NCBI RefSeq assembly: GCF_000284455.1 | Contig: NC_017039.1 | Location: 1,770,001-1,802,000 of the forward strand | Reading direction: 5' to 3' | DNA: 32,000 nucleotides | Source: Synechocystis sp. PCC 6803 substr. PCC-P | GTDB taxonomy: Bacteria; Cyanobacteriota; Cyanobacteriia; Cyanobacteriales; Microcystaceae | In this document: piece by piece, positions 26,580-32,000 of the stretch | Layout: every line of letters begins with the position of its first letter | Position numbering within the stretch: the first letter of the stretch is position 1 | The notes under the pieces: model-generated | The model's database searches: none | What the model saw: the letters and a program-made list of their open reading frames with translations, nothing else | What the model was told of the DNA's origin: nothing | Program-made: the position numbers and the translations under genes

Positions 26580-27686
26580 TCAGCCCTGGGCAAATAGGGG
26601 AGGACAGGGATTGGTGGGAGTTAAGTTGACCCGACTGCCCACCGGAATTACCGTTTGCAAAGAAGTACGGGCATGAATCTGTCGACCGGCCGGGGTTTCC
26701 AAGCAGTAGCGGTATTCCCGGCCCAAAAATTGGCGATCGCGGATGACCACTGGGCCATCACTGGCGGGGCTCAGTTCAATTTCCTCTTCCCTCAACATTA
26801 GTTCCCCCACTGAGGGCAATTCAGGCTGAATGCCTTGGAAAGTTAAAGGCCATTGGCCAAACTCCGTGGCCCAAAGTGTTCCCTGTCGCTGGGCCGGAAC
26901 AAAATTGGCCTGGGTAACAAATTCCGCCACAAAACGGGAAGCAGGCGATCGATAAATTTCCTCTGGGGTGCCGATTTGCTCCAAGTTCCCCCGATACATC
27001 ACCCCAATGCGATCGGAAATGGCCATGGCTTCTTCCTGATCGTGGGTGACAAAAATAGCGGCCGTACCGGTGGCTTTGAGGATATGGCGGATTTCATGGC
27101 GTAACCTTTGGCGCACTTGCACATCCAGATTACTGAGGGGTTCATCCAACAAAATTAGGTTAGGTTTAGGGGCCAAAGCCCGGGCCAGGGCAATGCGTTG
27201 TTGTTGACCACCGGATAGTTCGTGGGGATAGCGTTTTTCCAGTCCCGTTAATCCCACCAAATGGAGCACCTCTGCCACCCGCCCTTGGATTTGTTGACGG
27301 TTCAATTTTTGGGATTTATGGCGCAGGCCAAAGGCGATATTGTCGGTAATGGTGAGGTGAGGAAACAGGGCGTAATCCTGAAAGACCATGCCTGTTTGAC
27401 GCTGTTCTGGGGGAGTGAGTCCATTTTCCCCAGAAACACAATCCCCCTCCAAATGAACGGTGCCACTGGTGGGGGTTTCAAAGCCTGCAATGATTCTCAA
27501 CAAAGTTGTCTTGCCACAACCCGATGGTCCTAATAGTCCCAGAATTTCCCCTGGCGCTAGATTAAAGTTGATTTTCTGGAGTACTGGGGTGGATTGCCCC
27601 CGGAAGCTTTTGCCTAAGTCCTGTACCGTTAAAACAGAGTCTTCTATGGAAAGGCGGGCAACGGGAGAAAATTGGGCGACTGTCAT
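26580..27686 (-). CDS. futC: ABC-transporter ATPase of the Fe(III)/polyamine-importer type (FbpC/PotA family), probably FutC
   Basis: I prefer the ATG at 27686 (MTVAQFSPV...). A TTG lies at 27701. Walker A GPSGCGKTT, Q-loop, signature LSGGQQQRIALARAL, Walker B LILLDEPLS and H-loop FVTHDQ. There is a C-terminal TOBE-like regulatory domain. The futC assignment rests on my recollection of the Synechocystis gene order. Confidence 0.8.
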   Translation of the reverse strand: MTVAQFSPVARLSIEDSVLTVQDLGKSFRGQSTPVLQKINFNLAPGEILGLLGPSGCGKTTLLRIIAGFETPTSGTVHLEGDCVSGENGLTPPEQRQTGMVFQDYALFPHLTITDNIAFGLRHKSQKLNRQQIQGRVAEVLHLVGLTGLEKRYPHELSGGQQQRIALARALAPKPNLILLDEPLSNLDVQVRQRLRHEIRHILKATGTAAIFVTHDQEEAMAISDRIGVMYRGNLEQIGTPEEIYRSPASRFVAEFVTQANFVPAQRQGTLWATEFGQWPLTFQGIQPELPSVGELMLREEEIELSPASDGPVVIRDRQFLGREYRYCLETPAGRQIHARTSLQTVIPVGSRVNLTPTNPCPPLFAQG

Positions 27687-27732
27687 AGGAACCAGGGGCA
27701 AAAAAGCAGCAACAATAGTGGGAGGACTGATC

Positions 27733-27811
27733 CCGTTTAAAACTCAGACCTGATTCAGATCTAAACTGTTTAAAGCAAGTATTTAAACGGTACTTTAAAT
27801 AAGAATTATTT
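27733..27811. promoter_or_regulatory. Divergent-promoter region with a 9-bp inverted repeat, four TTTAAA hexamers and an AT-rich palindrome
   Basis: CCGTTTAAA (27733-27741) pairs with TTTAAACGG (27782-27790). TTTAAA occurs at 27736, 27769, 27782 and 27794. AAATAAGAATTATTT (27797-27811) is an imperfect palindrome, AAATAA-N3-TTATTT, with weak Fur-box flavour. It lies 21-35 nt upstream of the ATG at 27832. Confidence 0.3.
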
Positions 27812-27831
27812 GCAAGAGTTAAGGTTAACAT

Positions 27832-28566
27832 ATGATTTCAGCCGACCTCAATCCCCACTCTGTCCCTTGGTGGATTCTTGCTCCCCAGGGCACTGAAGCT
27901 CAGGCGATCGCCAAGGGGTTGGGAAAAACTGACCAGATATATTTGCAGGCGATGCCAGTGGGGGCCACAGCGGTGCAATCTTTTTTGGCAAATCTGGCCC
28001 AAACCTGGGCGAAAAGTGAAAAGCCCCAAGGTTTATTGGTGATGGGGGTGACTGGGAGTTTATCTGCTGATTACGGCATTGGCCAGGCCCTTTGGGTAGA
28101 GCAATGTCAATATTGGGAGAGTGGGAACCATGGTCAGCGACAAGAATACGTTGGCGATCGTCGTTTGATGGACCGGGTTAACCATTTACTGGGGCCAGAG
28201 TGGCAGATTCCCGCAGTGAGAGGCATTACCGTGTCGGAGGTGGTTTGTCGGGGGGAGGAAAAAGAACTGTTGGGAAAAAAATCCGGTGCCCAGGTGGTGG
28301 ATATGGAAAATACAGCGGTGTTGGCTTTTGGGGAAGCAAAACAAATTCCTGTGGCCATTTTGCGGGTGGTGAGCGACACCATGACCCAGGATTTACCGGA
28401 TCTCAACGGAGTTTTTACTGAGCAGGGGGCTTTGCAACCCTTACCCTTAGCTAAAGCTTTATTGCGCCGTCCCTTGGCCGCAGGTCATTTAATCCAAGGT
28501 TCCCTAAAGGCCTGTGCCCAGTTAACGGCGATCGCCCAGAGTTTGAGTGGGGCACTGGGGAAATAG
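27832..28566 (+). CDS. Nucleoside phosphorylase/nucleosidase-superfamily (PNP_UDP_1) protein of unknown specificity
   Basis: 244 aa with an ATG start. GVTGSLSADYGIGQ, VVDMENTAVLAF and VAILRVVSDT resemble the MTA/SAH-nucleosidase, HpnG and MqnB branch of the family. Confidence 0.6.
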   Translation: MISADLNPHSVPWWILAPQGTEAQAIAKGLGKTDQIYLQAMPVGATAVQSFLANLAQTWAKSEKPQGLLVMGVTGSLSADYGIGQALWVEQCQYWESGNHGQRQEYVGDRRLMDRVNHLLGPEWQIPAVRGITVSEVVCRGEEKELLGKKSGAQVVDMENTAVLAFGEAKQIPVAILRVVSDTMTQDLPDLNGVFTEQGALQPLPLAKALLRRPLAAGHLIQGSLKACAQLTAIAQSLSGALGK

Positions 28567-28635
28567 GGAAAATCCCCCGCTGATGGGATTGTGGCAAAAT
28601 GCTAGGGAAGCAATTGTTGTAGGGCGGGCCTTGCT

Positions 28636-29511
28636 ATGGACTTGATGCGGTCTTTACCCATCGGCTTGTATTTGGAAAATCCGGTGACTTGGTTGCACCG
28701 CCTTGATCCCAGGGTAAAACTAGCTTGGCTAATGAGTTTTTTGTTAGCCCCAGTGTTGGCCAACGCTATTTGGCGCCTTGGCATTGTCATTTTTCTAATT
28801 CTATTAACCTTTGCAGTCCGTATTCCCTGGCGGGTATGGAAGCAACAAATGGGCTTACTGGTATTTTTTTCTGGCCTAATTTTCCTGTTAACTACCTTTA
28901 GTCCCGACGGTTTCACTGTGTTAGAACAACCCCGATCGCCTACCAGTGAAATTGTGGTATCCCCGACCTCATACCAGTACGTTTTATTTGAATGGGGCAG
29001 ATTATTAGTTACTCGCCGCTCTTTGGAGTTGGGAATTCGCATTAGCACTTTGATTTTTACCCTGGTTTATAGCACCAATTTATATTTGCTCACCACTGCC
29101 CCGGAGGAAATTACCGCTGGACTAGAAGAATTAATGGCTCCCCTACGGCGCTTTAAATTACCCATTACAGAAATCACCTTAATTTTGACCCTTGCTTTAC
29201 GATTTATCCCCTTGGTGATGGAAGAAATTCAAAATCTATTCCGTTCCATTCGCACTAGGGCCATTAATTGGAAAAAACTGGGCATTAAACGGAGCGCTCA
29301 AATCTGGATTTTAGTGGTGGAAAGATTACTAGAAAACCTTTTATTGCGGGCAGAACAAATGGCGATCGCCATGGAAGTGCGGGGCTTCACCACTCCCAAC
29401 GAGCATCAAGTTCAGTGGCATCAATTGCGCATTGTTCGGGCGGATTGGTTGGTGCTGGGAACTTTGATTTTATTTTGGGGGGCTCGGATCCTGTGGGGAG
29501 GCATGGCCTGA
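28636..29511 (+). CDS. ecfT: Energy-coupling-factor transporter transmembrane (T) component, EcfT/CbiQ family
   Basis: 291 aa with an ATG start. The N-terminus LHRLDPRVKLAWL is typical. There are 5-6 TM helices. The coupling-helix Arg motifs LALRFIPLVMEE and AMEVRGF match the two conserved A-x-x-x-R coupling motifs. Confidence 0.8.
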   Translation: MDLMRSLPIGLYLENPVTWLHRLDPRVKLAWLMSFLLAPVLANAIWRLGIVIFLILLTFAVRIPWRVWKQQMGLLVFFSGLIFLLTTFSPDGFTVLEQPRSPTSEIVVSPTSYQYVLFEWGRLLVTRRSLELGIRISTLIFTLVYSTNLYLLTTAPEEITAGLEELMAPLRRFKLPITEITLILTLALRFIPLVMEEIQNLFRSIRTRAINWKKLGIKRSAQIWILVVERLLENLLLRAEQMAIAMEVRGFTTPNEHQVQWHQLRIVRADWLVLGTLILFWGARILWGGMA

Positions 29512-30872
29512 TGGAACTCCAACCCTGGCATTGGTGTTGTTTGCCCCTAGAAGGCCGCACGGGCAGTGAAATTTTTAGTCAATTATTTGGTCATCAAGGC
29601 ATCGCCACCCTACTAGAAAGTCCCTATCCTGCTTCACCGGATCATCCCCATTTAGGCCGTTATTCCCTCTGTGCCGGCCAACCGAGAAAGGGTAGGTTAT
29701 GGACTCCTAAGCCGGAAGAGATTTTTAGCTTTTTAAACCAACTTTGCCCATGTAATCATGATGTAAATTTGACAAAAAATATTCCTGAACATTTACCTTT
29801 CCATGGCGGTTGGTTAGGCTGGTTAGGTTACGACACTGCTTGGGCAATTGAAAAATTACCTTATTCAAAAGCTGATGATTTACCTTTTCCGGTGGCCTAT
29901 TGGTACGAGCCTGAAAATTTTGTAATTTTAGATCATCAAGAGCAATTATTATGGTTAGCTACTACCGACCAGGAGAAAATTAAGTTTTTTCAAACTCAGT
30001 TAGCAGATAAAATCAACTCAGTTTCATCGCCTCAAGTGCCTCCCTTAAATTTGACCTATACCACTGACCAAGATCAGTACGAAACCATGGTCAATCAAGC
30101 GAAACAATATATTAAAGCCGGAGATATTTTTCAAGCTAATTTAACACTACGTTTCATTGCTAAAACTGAGCAAAAGCTTAACAGTTGGCAGGTCTATCAA
30201 CATCTACAAACTATCAATCCTTCTCCTTTCGCTAGTTACTGGCGATCGCCGTGGGGAGATGTGGTTAGTTGTTCTCCGGAAAGATTAGTTAAGTTAGAAG
30301 GCAATGTGGCCCAAACTAGACCCATTGCTGGCACTAGGGCAAGGGGCAAAAATCTGGCGGAGGATGAACAATTATTGCAGGAGTTGCTGGTTAACACCAA
30401 AGAGTTGGCAGAACATATCATGTTGGTGGATTTAGAACGCAATGACCTCGGCCGGGTCTGTACCTGGGGAACGGTGGAAGTAGATGAATTATTGGCGATC
30501 GAGCGCTATAGCCATGTGTCCCATTTAGTTAGTAATGTAAAAGGCATTTTACAACCAGATAAAACCGGAGTAGATTTGGTCAAAGCTTTGTTTCCCGGTG
30601 GCACCATTACCGGCTGTCCCAAAATACGTTGTTTAGAAATTATTGAAGAATTAGAACCAGTGCGGCGGAGTTTGTTTTACGGTTCCTGTGGCTACTGGGA
30701 TCAACGGGGGAACTTAGATTTAAATATTCTCATTCGCACCCTGTTATTCACCTCTGGACAAGTGACAGGACAAGTGGGAGCCGGCATTGTGGCAGACAGT
30801 GATCCCGCCAAGGAATGGTTAGAATCATTGCAAAAAGCCAAAGCTTTATTGGCGGCATTGGAGGGACTATAA
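29511..30872 (+). CDS. Chorismate-utilising enzyme, anthranilate synthase component I / aminodeoxychorismate synthase (TrpE/PabB) family
   Basis: I prefer the ATG at 29511 (MELQPWHW...). It shares one nucleotide with the ecfT TGA (TGATG). GDIFQANL, SPERLV, RPIAGTRARG, EHIMLVDLERNDLGRV, FPGGTITGCPK and GAGIVADSDP are the family motifs. Confidence 0.85.
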   Translation: MELQPWHWCCLPLEGRTGSEIFSQLFGHQGIATLLESPYPASPDHPHLGRYSLCAGQPRKGRLWTPKPEEIFSFLNQLCPCNHDVNLTKNIPEHLPFHGGWLGWLGYDTAWAIEKLPYSKADDLPFPVAYWYEPENFVILDHQEQLLWLATTDQEKIKFFQTQLADKINSVSSPQVPPLNLTYTTDQDQYETMVNQAKQYIKAGDIFQANLTLRFIAKTEQKLNSWQVYQHLQTINPSPFASYWRSPWGDVVSCSPERLVKLEGNVAQTRPIAGTRARGKNLAEDEQLLQELLVNTKELAEHIMLVDLERNDLGRVCTWGTVEVDELLAIERYSHVSHLVSNVKGILQPDKTGVDLVKALFPGGTITGCPKIRCLEIIEELEPVRRSLFYGSCGYWDQRGNLDLNILIRTLLFTSGQVTGQVGAGIVADSDPAKEWLESLQKAKALLAALEGL

Positions 30873-30877
30873 AAAAT

Positions 30878-31708
30878 ATGGGATTTTTCAAAGGCTTTAC
30901 TTATCCACTCCGCACATTCAAAATTCTACGTGAAAGTCCAGGCTTATTAGTTTATATTATTATTCCTTTAATTATTAATATTAGCTTAGGTATTTTACTT
31001 TATTGGCAACTATTAAATCTAGGTAATGATAGCGTCGATATACTGCGTAATTATGCCCACGATTGGATTGAAATTTTAAACCGACGCATTCCCAAAGTAC
31101 TGCCCTACATCTTGCCGGTGCTAAAATTTATCTTTTTTCTTTATATCTGGCTAATACGCTTACTATTGCTAGTTATTGCGGGATTTTTACTTTCCCAGGT
31201 GGGAGGATTATTAGGTTCTCCTTGGTATAGCATCTTGTCAGAAAAGCTGGAAACAAAACTCCTAGGTAAATTAGCCATTCAGGAAGTGGGATTGTTACAG
31301 GACATCAAACGAGCTTTAGCCTTTGAATTGAAAAAAATAGTTTTATTAATTACTTTTACCATCATCGGTTTTGCCACCAACCTTCTGCCTGCATTTGGTA
31401 CTCCCCTAGCTGCAGTAGTGGGCATTAGCTCCACATCTTTATTAACTTGCCTAGATTTTTTTGACCCTCCCCTCGAACGCCGTCGTCTCAAATTTCGTCG
31501 TAAGTTACTATTGATTTTTCAATCTCTCCCCCTGAGCGCTGGCTTTGCCCTAGCAAGTTTAGTTTGGGTCAGCATTCCTCTGGTTAATTTAGTAACTATT
31601 CCTTTTTGTGTGACCGCTGGTACCTTATTTTTCTGCGAAGAAATTTACCCCCGGTTTTTCCAAGTCCAAGAAGAAATGGAGGCGGAGGTAAACAAGGGGG
31701 CGAATTAA
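30878..31708 (+). CDS. Polytopic membrane protein, CysZ/EI24-like (DUF540-type)
   Basis: I prefer the ATG at 30878 (MGFFKGFTYPLRTFKIL...), 5 nt after the upstream stop. The N-terminal FxKGxxYPLR-type motif and 4-6 TM helices resemble CysZ/EI24-family proteins. Confidence 0.6.
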   Translation: MGFFKGFTYPLRTFKILRESPGLLVYIIIPLIINISLGILLYWQLLNLGNDSVDILRNYAHDWIEILNRRIPKVLPYILPVLKFIFFLYIWLIRLLLLVIAGFLLSQVGGLLGSPWYSILSEKLETKLLGKLAIQEVGLLQDIKRALAFELKKIVLLITFTIIGFATNLLPAFGTPLAAVVGISSTSLLTCLDFFDPPLERRRLKFRRKLLLIFQSLPLSAGFALASLVWVSIPLVNLVTIPFCVTAGTLFFCEEIYPRFFQVQEEMEAEVNKGAN

Positions 31709-31769
31709 ATATTTATTTGCTAGTTCTTCTAGCTGATTTGATCATGATTTACCTAAGGAAAAAGAGTCC

Positions 31770-32000
31770 TTAAATTGCCCGAGAAAACATCTGTTGTTTG
31801 GATTTATTTTGTAGGTAAGTATCAAACACAGCGGCAATATTACGAATTAAAATTCGCCCCCGGGGGGTAACTTCCAAGCCATCCCCCAACCGACGGAGTA
31901 AACCATCCGCTTCCAGGACATCCAGGGCCGATAATTCCTTAGCAAAATAGTCGTTAAAATCACAGTCAAAGCCCAAATTATATTTGCTTTCTAATTCCTG
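31770..32000 (-). CDS. hemN: C-terminal part of a HemN-type oxygen-independent coproporphyrinogen III oxidase (radical SAM). The N-terminus lies right of the window.
   Basis: The frame is open to nt 32000 (QELESKYNLGFDCDFNDYFAKEL...). The tail LEADGLLRRLGDGLEVTPRGRILIRNIAAVFDTYL matches the HemN C-terminal domain. Confidence 0.6.
   Translation of the reverse strand, partial: QELESKYNLGFDCDFNDYFAKELSALDVLEADGLLRRLGDGLEVTPRGRILIRNIAAVFDTYLQNKSKQQMFSRAI

Noticed and set aside
27562-27831. 89-aa minus-strand ORF covering the futC start and the divergent spacer
   Set aside because: It overlaps the futC N-terminal coding region out of frame and runs through AT-rich regulatory DNA. It has no motifs.
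30878-31708. Low GC content and lack of HIP1 in the CysZ-like gene as evidence of horizontal transfer
   Set aside because: The AT-richness is explained by Ile/Leu/Phe/Lys-rich membrane-protein composition. The gene is tightly packed (5-nt spacer) in a native-looking operon with no flanking repeats or integrase.

Overview
This looks like a core-chromosome window from a unicellular cyanobacterium. Several signatures point to Synechocystis sp. PCC 6803 or a very close relative. There are at least 25 exact copies of the HIP1 octamer GCGATCGC. There is a 70-aa Hfq that matches my memory of Ssr3341. Its neighbours are a ComFB-family gene, futC-like, argJ, hisF, der and an N-acylglucosamine 2-epimerase. 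I call 28 protein-coding genes on both strands, two of them cut by the window edges. By eye I found no rRNA, tRNA, CRISPR array, IS element or prophage. Most genes are housekeeping or signalling genes. I see no canonical defence island or other clearly novel system. The candidates for poorly described biology are:
(1) An exported FecR-like / TPR-CHAT (caspase-like) / DUF928 triad (1485-5867) with a 70-nt convergent gene overlap.
(2) A giant AMIN-like/beta-barrel envelope protein followed by a dihaem cytochrome c (14022-17400).
(3) A REC-DUF3685 response regulator with no recognisable output domain, flanked on both sides by AATTTA-core repeats.
(4) A co-directional cluster of phosphorylase-like, orphan EcfT, TrpE/PabB-like and CysZ/EI24-like genes with a TGATG start/stop overlap.
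(5) The histidine kinase-hfq-comFB neighbourhood.
(6) A MITE-like inverted repeat plus a 22-nt direct repeat in the der 3' intergenic region.
(7) A free-standing CobN N-terminal fragment.
All family assignments come from motif recognition by eye and recollection. No searches were run.
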